A DNA stretch of 63,240 bases, the filler included, from Intoshia linei (Eukaryota > Animalia > Orthonectida), in assembly GCA_001642005.1 (NCBI GenBank). It is 8 parts of 8 records of this genome, joined end to end, with 100 filler letters (N's around TTAATTAATTAA, not from the genome) between each part and the next. Parts side by side here need not be neighbours in the genome. Positions count along the whole stretch, not along the records: positions 1 to 30,193 come from LWCA01000367.1; 7 more parts are not named here. One strand, given 5' to 3'. The notes under the pieces are model-generated. The model saw nothing but the letters and a program-made list of their open reading frames with translations. It had not been told where the DNA came from and did no database searches. Made by a program: the position numbers and the translations under genes. Shown piece after piece: positions 1-13,182 of this stretch. Within the stretch, counting starts at the first letter, position 1. Each line of letters starts with the position of its first letter.

Positions 1-1466
1 ATAAGAATAAATACTAATATAAAACGAGCAAATCATGTAAAAATAAATTTTTTGGTATTAAATTAAATTACTTACAATGGTAAAAACTTATTGGGAAACC
101 TCCATTGTTCTATTTTAGAAGCATCGGTTTTATTTAATTATTATAATTTTAATAATAAATAATTTTATTAAAATTTATGACCGAGCCAAGTTTCTAGTTA
201 TAAAAAAAACTTTAAATTTAAAATTGAAAAAGACAAAAAATTCAATCAATATTCATGAATGTATAAAAAAATCAACCAAGCGATATAAAATATTAATTTT
301 TTACAGGGATAATAATTAAATAATTAAATATTAAAATATGTAGTAAACAATTAATAAGGTACTGTAAACAATACCTGAAAAATATGTTCTATTTTGAGAA
401 CATTGACAGGTTAAAAATTAATATTAATAGTTCATCAAGTTTATCATCTCGTAAAAATAGAATACTCCATATCTTTTGACCATCATTCAATTACCCCAAA
501 TGTAATAATTCATTAAAAATTGTCATTATTATTAATTTTTTTGGGAGTCCACAAGTTTTTGTAATATCATCTTAGTGGTCCACAGCAAAAAAGGGTTGAG
601 AATGCTTAATGTATATGACTCACGAATTGTGACAAGAATATACAAAAATATTTTTTTAAATAATCAAAAGCAGTGATATCAAATTTTTTTGGTGGAGCAG
701 CTAATTATAATTAGATTAGAATTTAGATTCTAGGAGTTAGATTTTAATTTACAATTTTTTCTTATTATACTCAGTCATAACTCATGAGTATACTTTAACG
801 AAAAGTTTGTAGTTTAAAGTTTAAACCATCAATTCATAAAATTTTGTAATTTTATTGAAATCATTTGAAAGGTATTGAGTTGTATTATGTGTTTTAAATA
901 GGGAAGATGCAAAGTTATGAGATTCAAATGGATGATAAACGGATCCCAGGAAAAAACTATGTTAGAAGTTTTGTTTTTTAAAAGCCTAAAAATCTTAAAA
1001 AATAAATAAATGTGACACAATGGACAATGTCTATTGGACATACAGACAAACATTAAAATGTTTATATTGGGTTACCTATTAGGTTCCTGTCATTTTGTTT
1101 TTAAATCTTATGATTTAATGTGAATTCTGGTTTATTCATGATTTCCGCGACAACAAAAAAATCAACAGTCAGTCACAGTCCTTGTTTACTAACCATCGCC
1201 GCTCAATCCATGGAAAAAAGCAAATAAGTTTACTATTATTTATTATAAAATTTTTAATAAATGTTTTATATTTTGTTTTCTTTGTGATCAATAAAAATAT
1301 ACATTTTGAAATAGGGGTCCGTACATATTTGAATCGGTATCATTGGTCTACAATTGGTCTAGACTTTAAATATTTTTAAATAAATGACCCTATTTTCAGT
1401 ATTTTAGATGACAACATGCGTTATGTAAATATTTATTAGTAAACATAAATATCCATAAACTATGTT

Positions 1467-4400
1467 TTATAAACAGGTATCATGAATGAAGTTAATAAAT
1501 AAGTGAATCTTTTCTTCATTCAAGCCGAGTTTTTTCAACTAAATTATATTTTGTTTATTTTAGATTTAGATTAATCAAAAATTTACCAAAACATAATCCT
1601 TCATCTTAAATAGTTTAACAATATTTTCATGGCCGAAATGATCGACGAAATGTTCAACCGTCTCAATAATTTCTCGTTGTTTCCTTTCATATTGCTCAAT
1701 ATTTTGTTTACTGCAAAATTCCATATTTTCTAGTTCCATCGTACGACTTTTTTCAATCTCATTTTGTTCAAAATTCTATAATATAAATATATTTATAAAT
1801 ATATATAAATAAATAGTTACGTTTCGTATTTTCTTTTCAACAATTTGCAATTTCACACCCTCAAGGCGCTGTTGACTGGACAATTCATTTTCTTTAGCTA
1901 ATGCTACTGCTTTTACTTTTACATTGTTTATCGCAGACATTACGTTATTTTCATTTATTAATTTTGTATATGATATTCTTTCGTGTTCGTTCAATATTTC
2001 GTTTTTAATCATATCAATGTCGATCGTTCCTTTCGACTTTTGTTCCTCCAATAGCAATTTATTTCTATATTATAGTTTTGATAAAGTTTAAAGATACTGT
2101 GTATGTAAATTCAATTATAATCTTATTTTCATAATATTACAGATCATAAGAAATTATGTGATTATAACGAATGTATAATAGATTATTATAAATAATTGAT
2201 GGAATAACAATATAACGGAAAAATTTATTTATAACGGTTTTTTTTTTTTTTTTTAATAAAGGGAAAATTTTAATTTATAATAAGTTTTTTTTTTTAAATA
2301 ACGGGAAAATTTTTATAATAAAAAAATTATTTACGTAATAAAAATTTTGTTATAATATTTTTGGTGTATCACAAAAATAAAAACAATACATACATGTATA
2401 ACTAATATCTATGAAAGCTTTTAGTTTTTGTTAGAGCAACATCATTAGTAAAATTTGTAATGTAATTAATCACTTTTAAATTTGGTAAAAAACACACTAA
2501 ACCCTAAAAATAACTAAAAATTTAGTATAGGTGACTATTACTTTTTTAGGAGTAATTGTTCCACGACAATGAAATTATTACTTTGCTTCGGCCTCTCGAG
2601 ACTTTGACAAAATTTCTATAGCCAAATGGACAGATTTAGATATTTGATCGCTCATTTTTTCGTCTGTGGGTTTAACCGATAAAATATCAATTGCAGTAAT
2701 AGCCAACAAATTGCTAGGGAAAAATAGCTTTCCTTCTTTTTCTTTAAAAATTCCATTCAATATAATTTCAGATGATCTCTATAACATAAAATAATCAACT
2801 TTGAGAACAAATTATTATATACCTTGTGAAATTCTTCAAAGGGAATACGTGAAACTATGGATCGAATTGACGAAGATATACTGTTTGTAATATCAAATGT
2901 AAATGTCAAATTTGAAAATATTTTTTCACTTTCTTCTTGATTACAATCTGTCGGATTCACTTCAAATCGCCTAAATATTCTATAGACATAAATAATTTTT
3001 CACCAATTAATAATTTAATTAAAAAAATAAATCGTACCATGTAATTTTTACAGCCAATTCAAGGATTGCATGATCTGATGTAGTGACCAAAATATGTGTA
3101 ATTATATTTTTAGGTCCAAGAGGTAATAATATTTGGTTTACAACATTTTCATATAATAACATTCGAAATGTAGTAAATATTTCAAATGCTTCGGGAATAA
3201 CAAACTGTGGACCAAATATTACTCTAAATTGTTTTGCATTACAATGATGATATAATGTACCTAGACGTATTGGTACTGTAATTATTAAGTTGCATTGCAT
3301 GATTCTGATCAACTCTGTACACGCGAGCCGGTCGATAATTATCCATAATATAGGTTCCGATTCCACCTGTATGATTTCCATTCTTAATTGCTAATTGATA
3401 TTCGAGTGAACTCAGCGGTTTTTGCCAAATTACTTCGTATGGCCCAAGGCAATACGTGGTACCAGAAATTTTTCGTATCTATTTAATAATTAAATTTAAT
3501 GTTGGTATGTGCATTAGTAATTCAACAATAGTGATATATCAGAGACTCAGAACCAAACTTATACCCTAGAGCTCTTTTATGGAGATCGATTCCTCAAATC
3601 TATACTTTAAAAAATTATATTTGTCAATATCGTATCTATAAGTCCAGTTCGTGTAGAGAATACCGGGCTATATGACATTATTCATGCTTTGTTAATTTTA
3701 GGGGCTTATTTTTAGTTTTTGGATGGAGGTTCGACTCTTATTGGTGCTCACAGGGCAAATATATTTTAAACATATGAGTGTGGTGAGATAAAAATTGAAA
3801 AAATATTCAATGGAATAATTTTATAATACAGACATCACTGTCTTAACGAACTGTCCCTATTTAACTAATAAATTTGACAAACAAATACGATGTTTGTTAT
3901 TTTAACTCATTAACTAAATTTTTACTGAATAAGCAAAACCTCAGAACGAGTTAGTTCGTTAAATAAGGAATTTCTGTATTACTGTTTATGTAAAATCGTT
4001 AACTATTGACGAAATACAGCCAATACTGGTAATAACTCTAATGAAAAGCTTAAGAAAAAGCTTTTTTGAGAGAATACCGAAATAGGCCAACAGTGAAATA
4101 TCCTCTTTACTATAATATTAAAAAGTAAATAACCATCGCAGTTTCGCGGTCCAAAATATATACAGCTCCAGTGTCGATAATTTCAAGGTCGAGTCTTCTC
4201 TGCGTAACATCAATGCCAATTGGAGGTATATATTTAGTGGGTCCATGAACAACCCACTCTTCTCCAGCAACTCTGTTTTTATCCTAGGAAAGCATATTTA
4301 TTATTAATTGGAACAGTCCATTGAAGATACTCTATTCCATGGATCAAGGGTTTCCAACATGAACCAAATATAAAAATGGTTTACCGGGAAAATCATAGGA

Positions 4401-6264
4401 TCATTCAAAAATATCTAAAGTTGGAAATCTATTGAAGTGTATGGGGATCTACCACAAATTATAAAAAATTTTAATTAAAACTATAATGTTTAACCCTTTA
4501 ACCGTCTGTGTATTCTATACTATATAGTTCCTCATTACCCCATTTGAGGACCGCTGATCTAGTTGGTTGTTACTGAGACAACTGAGACTTACTGAAACTG
4601 AGACACATACACGGGGAGATTAAATTTAAATGTGCAAAGTGAACAACTAAACATGAAGATCAACACAAGACCACTCAAAACATAATTACAGGATCTCATC
4701 GTAACATTCCCGTAAATAAAATTATATTTTAGTTTTTGTAGAACATTTTTGTATGAAATTTTTAAAATGGCAAGCTCTTCCACTAAAAATTTCCGAAAAT
4801 TTTTCTTCTTTTCACGATTATCATAAAACTATCACACGCAACTTTATCAGTATTTGGACCTAATTTATAAAATTTTTGAACACCCCTACTGTACTATACG
4901 TACAATGTAATTCGTACATATTATCCAAAATATAACATTAAATTTACATCAGTGTCCACAACGTCAATTTTTGCCAACAATAAAATGGATTCATTGTGGT
5001 TGAGAACATAAATAACTTTTGTTTTTGAAAGAATTTCATACGGCATGACAAAATATATACACGGACCAATAAGTTGTTTGGACTGGTGAGGATTATTTTT
5101 GTTTGATTCAGTATCAAAGACATTACTAACATTTACATATTCACCTTCTTTAATAACACGCCTTATTACTCGTCCAATAAGCTTAAGTGTAATATAATAA
5201 TGATAATGTTAAAATATAAATAAAAGTAATAAACATACCCGTTCGTTTATAGAAATGAAATGGTATGGTGTAATTTCATGAGTGATTTGCCAAATATCTC
5301 CGACGTTCCTATCAACTTTGCCAAATTTATCGTAAAATTTTGTTACACAAATTAAGTTTAACGCAAACTAAATAAAAGTAATTAATAAACCATGATACTT
5401 ACTGTTGGTTCCATGAGTGTAGTTTGAAATTTTTTGACTAGTTTACAATTTTCATCATCCACATAGTATAGATAATTAGAATCTCTGTGAACGTTCCAAT
5501 TTTCACCACATTTTCGTTCAATTCCTTCATAGCCAACAAAATCTGAAACAGCTTTTAAATGCAATACATCTGATATAGTCAAAATTTCAGGTAAAATTGA
5601 TTCACTGAGAATTTCGACATTTTCGACGGGTTTATACATTCCTAAATAGTTACTCATGATATGCTTGTAATTTTTTTTTAAATTTACCATCTTCAGTTAA
5701 TACTCCTTCACTATTATAAACTTTGTAAAGCACCCATGTATCGTCAGTGTATCTTTGTACTCCTAGAAAGTCAACAAGGTCGCATCGTGCTCTAAGTCGA
5801 ATTTTTCGTTCTGTCGTTATTGTAGGATAAGGTCTTGGTGCTAAGAGTAGTTTTTCTCCGGGATATAACGGGAAATAATTTCGTTGGTAAATTATTTTTA
5901 TTTCGTCAAAATCATTTATAGTCTCTAAATGTTTTGAATATATCAAATTTCCTTTTTCATCAAGTTTAACGGGATGTTTGATAATGCAAAAATTGTTATT
6001 ATTAACCATAATCATTTCTTTTGGATCAAATAAAAACCTAAAATTTTGATAAAATATCAAATATTATTCAGATATATTATTCGGATAACATATAAATCAG
6101 TTTAAAATTATATCAAGTTATATTTTTTATTGAAATGATTACTTTTCTTCAGAATTGAGGTAAATGTTTTGCATCCCAGATATACATCGGATCACGCATG
6201 TGTTTTTATTTAGGATGTGCACATAATGATACTTATTCATTTGTATATGATTTTCTTTTCTCAT
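1467..6264 (-). CDS. MVP: Major vault protein, divergent, 13 exons, about 825 aa
   Basis: Hand-spliced GT-AG exons 6264-6143, 6037-5688, 5641-5403, 5367-5239, 5181-4948, 4283-4134, 3478-3261, 3223-3038, 2970-2823, 2778-2582, 2064-1821, 1775-1587, 1538-1467 sum to 2478 nt with consistent phases. Motifs are collinear with MVP: KYHYVHILNKN, FPLYPGE, RVAGEEWVVHGPTKYIPP, RVIFGPQFV, LGPKN..VTTSDHAILEL, IPFEEFHK, FPSNLLAITAIDILSVKPTD..SKSVHLAIEI, a coiled-coil cap and LKKLGL. Confidence 0.93.
3829..3976. mobile_element. pogo/Tc1-type MITE in MVP intron 6
   Basis: Imperfect TIRs CAGACATCACTGTCTTAACGAACT / rc CAGAAATTCCTTATTTAACGAACT, flanked by TA on both sides. Confidence 0.7.
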
Positions 6265-7760
6265 TGTTAGTTAGACTTACGAAAAAAATTAAAATGGTTT
6301 CAATATATTTCAAATATTGCAATATGTATTTATGTTAATAGGAAAACTTTTGTTTGTTTAATGAACCAAGTTTTCTAGAAATCTGCATAAAAATAATAAA
6401 AAATGTTTAAACTATATTTTCGTTGTAACGAATGTATATCTATTTACATCAAATAAATTAAATTCAACAAATATAAAAATAAAAACTTTTAAACAATATT
6501 AGACTTGCCAATAACAATCCTGGAAATTAAAAATTAGATTAACAATTTTGTAAATATTTCAAACATGGCTAAGTGTCGTGTCAGGGAAAAGTTGGGTGCA
6601 AGAATTTATTGAAAAAAATATTTTTTCAATTGAGTCAGTCAATCATTTTTCTTCGAGTCAATCTTTTTCGGTGAAATATCGACACTACGGACGACCTAGT
6701 TAAAATATTTATTTGCATGCTTTAATAATGATAATAATAATGTAATAGCAGTCATATTTTAGTAACAATTTATTTGGGTTAAATTAAAGGGAGCAGAAAA
6801 AATTTAGACGTTCAATTTATCAGCTAAAATTTTTTAATTTACAGTATTACATGTATAGCTCATAAAGTTGACTACAAACCATATTAATTTACGGGTAATT
6901 GTTGATAAATTTAAAAAGCGTTTTTAACTGGTAAAATCTATATGTCTGCGTTTAAAATTAATGATAAAATATTCGAAGGATAAAACTGTGATGGAATCTG
7001 AGTTTTTTTAAATTGTAGGCCATTTAGATTTTTAAATGAATTGTAACAGACAAATATATTTACTTACATTCGTATAATAATAAAATAATAACAAAAATTA
7101 TGAATATTTTGTACTCCAGTTAGTGCAAGTTAGTAGAGTGTAATCTATTTAACTCACGGATTATTAACCTTTTCCAACTTGGCACTCTACACAGACCAGA
7201 CACTCTTTACGCAGTCCTTAAAAAAGTTATATATTGAATAAAATTACGAGATCCATTTTTTTCTGTGAACACACCATTAGGAAAAATAATGTGAAATATT
7301 GCTTTATTAGGATTTTTTAGTAAAAAATTTATGAGTCGATTTGAAATCACTTCAAGTTTTTTGAGTCGGTTCCAATCCTTAGCTAAAATACTACAAATTT
7401 ATTTCAAGTAGTCTAAAGTTTGGCAGGTTTGGCTCTGGATCATGTATCTTGAAAGTAATCTAAAATATATGCAAATCTCAGTGATATAATCATATTTTTT
7501 TAACAATAATATATAACTATCACAATATATAATATAATTTTAACAAATATATATAATAAATATTTGTAAATAGTTTCAATTATTTGACTTGATATTTTTA
7601 ATTGTTCATTATGAAAAGAAATTTTATTCAAATTAAAGGAATTTTAATGTACAACGAAAATTAGTTTGACACCCAATACTTAAGAACAATTACTGTACTA
7701 ATAAAATAATTTAATTGAAAATGATAAGTTTAATCATAGCTACAAAAACAATTTCATTTT

Positions 7761-10700
7761 TTAAATTTTTTCGACAATCCAATCTTCTTTTTGGCTAAAT
7801 TCAGCTTCTTCTCCAATTACACAAAATCCAGATCTGGCGGGAGGATCACGAATATATCTAAATAAAAATATATATAAAATAAAATTTTGCACTTTACGCC
7901 TTTACATTAAAATTCAAATGAAAAGATTCCAATCAATATACATTAAAATAACCTTCTGCAAACATCATAGATGTCATTAATTTTAACATTGAATAAATTT
8001 TGGCGATACTCGTTCATATCCTGATACGAGACATTTTTCGAAAACAAATAGCTAGTCTTATCACCGGGAGAAACAGGTGCATCGAGCTAAAATAATTGAG
8101 ATATCCAAATAAATAGAAAAAAAAAATAAAAAATTACATTTTTAAAAACAGAAAGTTTCGCTTCAAGAAGGTCGTTATCTGTAATATCACAATTGAGCAG
8201 AAAATCCGCCGCTTCTTCAAAAACTTTAATGGTATTTATAACATTGGGGTCACGATAAGAATAAAATTCAATTTTATTATCAGTAACACGGGCATTTCCA
8301 CCATAAGCTCCTCCTTTTTCTCGAATTTCTTTGTGTAAGTAATTTTTCGTAAAGATTTTACACATAATCTCAATTTTTGGTCGATCTGGATGAAGTATAG
8401 GAACACCGGGTATGGTTTGGGCAACATAATTAACTTGATATGGACATTTAACATGACATTTCGCATCATTTTTAGGTTTGCAATACACTGGATGAGAAAC
8501 ACGATCTACAAAAGTTATTTTTGATAAAAATTGTGATAGAGTAGAATCTATTTTATCTTCAAATGTTGGAGAATAGTTGACTCTAATTCTCCAATCTTTT
8601 TTGCAATTTAAATACTTATTAATTTCTTTAAGTTTACCAAAAATATGATCAGAGTCAAAATTTTCGACAATTTTTTTCAAAAAATAGTATTGTCCTAAAC
8701 CACCTAAATCATCGCTAAGTGCACTAGCTCCACAAACATTCGAACCAGCCTTAGACATTGCAAAAGAATGTCCAGAATCAGATATAGAACTATTATAATC
8801 CGCCAAACTTTTATTCAAGATTGCTTTTAGTTGAGTCTTATCCGTAAATTTGATTGAATCAAAAATTTCTGCCCATATATCAAACATTTCGGTTGAAAAA
8901 TTTTCAAGACAATACGAACCGATTGAAAATAATGATTTGTACGTGTTGGAAACTCTGGGTTGATGGGTAATTGACACGAAAGAACTAAATCCCTTGGAAC
9001 AAAATTCTTGTCGTTGAGTAATCTGTCGACAATCTGATTTCTCCGTCCCAATTCGGGTGAAAATTAGACTAAATATGCCGAGATATTTTTTCAAGTCATA
9101 TGGAATGTCGTCAATGCATATTAACGCAGAGAAATACACAATTCCATTGGTTCCGTATAAAACTTTGTGAATAGACACATCGTCAATCATCCTCGTTTCA
9201 AAAGGTACATATTCAAATTCTTTGTCAATATCATCAACAGAAAGACAAGGTAAGCACTCGACATTATCTTTGGTAGCCAACATTTTTGCAAATCGTTGAC
9301 AATCTGGATATATTGCTTTCTTTTCAGTTTCTGAGAGGTTATCATAAATGGATTTGCACAATTTCTTCTCAGCAGTAACCACGTCGTCTTTATACGATTC
9401 GGTTGGCTTTAGTGTGGCCGACAAAACGTGTTTATTATCAATGAAATATTGTTTAACCTTATCTTTCAAGTAATTTTCATCTCCAGCGATTTTCTTTTTG
9501 AAATAGTCAATATACTGAGACATCTTAATTACATCGATAATGTTAATTTCGTCCACCACCCAATAATAGAGTAAATTCAATCCCATATTCAGTCCTTTTC
9601 GAGTACTTTGGTGTTTTTGAGATAAAATGATAGTATTTAACACTCCTTCTATTCTATCAGCAGCAAATCCTTCCTTTGAAACTTTTTCAAATGTTTCTGA
9701 AATTATTGCATCAACTTTAGCAACATTCTCTGGAGCAATATCTTGCAATCCCACAGTAAAATTTGTAGATCTTACAGTATTACTAAATCCAGTAGCTTCA
9801 GCATAACCTGATCCTAATTCTGATTCAATCAAATTTTTATAAAATGGTGAATTTTCTCCAGACACCAGTAGTTTACAAACCATTTCGACGACAAACGTTT
9901 CATACAAATCAGATGTGTCAGTCAACAAATATGTTTTTGTAAAAGTATGATCATTTTTTTTATCTTTTGACGCTGCACAGTTGACAAATATTTCTCTGGC
10001 AGTTGCCAAGTTCTTTTGAGCGACGACAAAATTATCCATTGTTCTTGGCTCATATTTGGACATTACAGTTTCATTTATGTATTTGAGGTATGGTGCCGGA
10101 TCAGAATTGCCATATGTATAACAATACGAATTGCTAGGATGATAATTGTAATGGTAATATTTTAACAAATCTTCATGCGTTAAATTTGCAACTTCTGCAG
10201 GTATACCTCCTGAATTGTATTTGTAGTTTGTATCACATAACAAATGTCTCTCAATTTGATCACACAATTCATTTTGAGGGTTGTTAAATACTCCTTTCAT
10301 TTCGTTGTAAACAACACCTTTTATTATTATATCAGATGAATCACTTTCAGCGTTTTCATGTGTCAATCGCCAACCTTCTTGACGGAATTTGTCAATGTCC
10401 AATTTTGGGGCGAATAGAGCATCTAAGTAAACTGACATCAAGTTCATATAATCTTTATCGTTGACTGTAGAATAAGGATAACATGTCCAATCACTAGCCG
10501 TCATTGCATTCATGAAATTTGATAAGGAGCGATTTAACATGGAGAAAAAAGGGTCGCGAACTTTGTATTTCTTTGAACCCGCTAAAACTGAGTGTTCTAA
10601 GATGTGCGCTTTACCAGTATTATCATTACTTTGTGTGCGAAATCCCATTACAAATGTCTTGTTGCTGTCGTCCGACAAAAAGTGTAAGTGTCTAAATTAA

Positions 10701-11532
10701 ATCATAAAACCATACTCATAAAATATACTATCCTTACTTATAATATGCTACTCAATATTTGTTTGTGTGTGTTACTGTAAATTTTAATATCTACCAGTCT
10801 TAGAATTTTAAAAAGTCCACATTCCAATTATATTTTTTTCGGGGGTGTTAGCAAAACAAATTTCAAACTCCCAAACTCACATCTTACGTTTCCAAAACAC
10901 AAATTGTCCTTTTTTTGAAAATCAAACCAGTTCGAGAAGTTAAAAAATATATACTCTGATGTGGATTTTAAAATCATAATTATTATTATAAATTTAAATT
11001 TAAAAAATTACATCTTCAAGGCCAAAATCACAAATTACCGTTCTTTTTTAATGAAAACAGCCCTAGAATTTCAAAAAATTAACAGATTGTACAGTTGTAT
11101 CCTGTTAACACACACAGAAAATTTCAATCCGAATAGATGACGACTTCACGGTCAAAAAAGCATTTTAGTATTTATGTTTTTTTTTCCAAATATTTTATTA
11201 AAACAAAAAATGTGACATAATTAACGGTCCGAAAATTAAAAAAAAAAGTAGATTATTCTGGTAAAGCTTATCCAGTTGATATAAATACAAAATTTTAACC
11301 CCAAAAATCTAGGCATTCCCAGTGAAAAATAATTTTTAATATATTATCAATGACATAAAAATATTCACATTACCTAGCCCCAGTTTTTTCATGGCGAAAC
11401 AACGTAGCATTCAAATAGTATTCCTTTATATCTTCAGTCTAAAATAACAAATAAAATGAATTTCAAGTATCCCACTTGCTGTACAACATATCCGTGAATT
11501 TTGTCTCCGACCTTGTACATTGATTTAGGCAT
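7761..11532 (-). CDS. PITRM1: Presequence protease, mitochondrial (pitrilysin M16C), 5 exons, about 968 aa; an additional 5' exon is possible
   Basis: Exons 11532-11476, 11438-11374, 10691-8138, 8086-7953, 7857-7761 are in phase. Inverted zincin HILEH, RDPFFSMLNRSLSNFMNAMT, KGVVYNEMKG, REKGGAYG, FYSYRDP, LDAPVSP. Confidence 0.96.
10731..11360 (+). mobile_element. Non-autonomous Helitron-like repeat (family A) in PITRM1 intron 2, 3' truncated
   Basis: Starts A|TCCTTACTTATAATAT followed by a TGTTTGTGTGTG tract. Homologous by eye to copies at 16685, 33628, 38326, 41427 and 61410. Confidence 0.7.
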
Positions 11533-13182
11533 TTCCCAAATTTTATTTCTAGTTAATAATAAATTTTATTTATATATAATATTCTTATACTTAATTATAT
11601 TATTCAAAATTCAAATTTTTTTTAATATTAACACTATGCATGTTATATACTTCATTTGCAACTGAAAAATATAGAAATAATAACAAATTTCAAATGTTAT
11701 CAGTAGTGACTTACCACGTGTAGTGTTAAAACGGCATATATAAGTAATGATCACTGTTTCATTTATTGCAGAATATGAATATTTTAATCCAAAAAACTCT
11801 CGAGTCTTTTATTTTTACATTTTAGTAACATTCTTTTTCCCAATTTGTTATAGATTGTATCTAATTTTTGGATGACATGGACCATGTGATAATAATTAAG
11901 CTAATTAAAAAAAAACAAAAAAAATCAGATTTTATTAATTACTGCACATTATATTATAATGAAATCATGATCATAAATTATTCCATAATCAATGATGAAC
12001 CAAAATCTACATTTCATAAAGTAATAAAGTTTACGTTAAATTTTAAGTATTTTTTAAAAAATACTTAAATATAATTGAAATATATAACTTGTACAATACC
12101 AATTGATAATTCGTAAAAATATTACCGTTTATTGTAATTTATGTTAATTAAAGGTGTACTTTGGTAAATTTGATTTTTCTGATAATTATTTAAGCAAAAA
12201 CAGGTGTATTTGATGCTTTTAAGAAATAAACGTGTCTTCAAAATCATAACAATGACATTTGATTTAAAGTTTAAAATTTTTTAACTTTATTATTTAGTTT
12301 TTTAATAATTAAATAAAGTTGTTGTTTACTTTGAGTAGAATAATATTCTGATAATGCATTCAAATTGAAATTTGTACAAATTCAAACATTCGTTGTAAGA
12401 TAAAATTTGATTTCTAAGAGAACTGTTTACAAAGTCAAATTATAGGGAAAATTCAAAGCGACCAACTATAGAAAGAACTATCTCAGAAAATTCCATAAAA
12501 TGTTTCCATAAAAATGAAATATTCTAAAATTTTAAAGAAATGTATAGTGGAACTTCCACTATTGGCTGATTCAGTTATTTACTCAAAAAACTTTATTTTT
12601 TAGCATCTTACGTCGTGGAACCTCTCTAAATTCTTATGTAACTGTTATTTAAAATAATTAATCTTTTATCAATCTATCAATATACAAAAATTTAAAGTAA
12701 TACCTGAATTTAAGATAATAAACCATTTATTAATTAAATGTATTATGAATTAGAATCATATAATCTACATATAAAATCTACAGATATAATAAGATACATA
12801 TATAAGAATCAAATTTTTAATTATTTTTGCGTTTTCAAAGCTATACTATATTTTTATCGGTCGGCAATTTATAAGATTTTTTTATTACCAAATGGATTTT
12901 TTCTATTATTGGTCGGATTCCGTTATTGGACTGAAATTTAGTGCTCCATTTTAAGCTAAATACTAATACTATAGAATTAAGTAAGAAACACATATAATCT
13001 AATCAAACAAGCCATCTACAACTTCGCTTTACAAAGGGTACGAAATTCAGTACGGAATCATTAGGTGCTCTAAGTACAAACTATAATAAACCTCGGAAAT
13101 ATTACTATGTTACATTAGTGTGGGTACGTGTACATCCAGCCTCCAATACATATGTATAAACACTACTATAGTGATTATATAT

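Noticed and set aside
829-1053. ORF as a possible last MVP exon
   Set aside because: The exon at 1538-1467 splices in phase and carries the LKKLGL match; this ORF has no MVP similarity.
3701-3756. B-box-like GGTTCGACTC in an MVP intron; tempting as a vault RNA or tRNA
   Set aside because: No convincing A box, cloverleaf or panhandle, and upstream T5-T6 runs would terminate Pol III. A cmsearch against vault/tRNA models would settle it.
8236-10700. Alternative-frame and antisense ORFs 8236-8502, 8827-9051, 10512-10700 (likewise 32518-32760, 33458-33706)
   Set aside because: Shadows of real coding exons.
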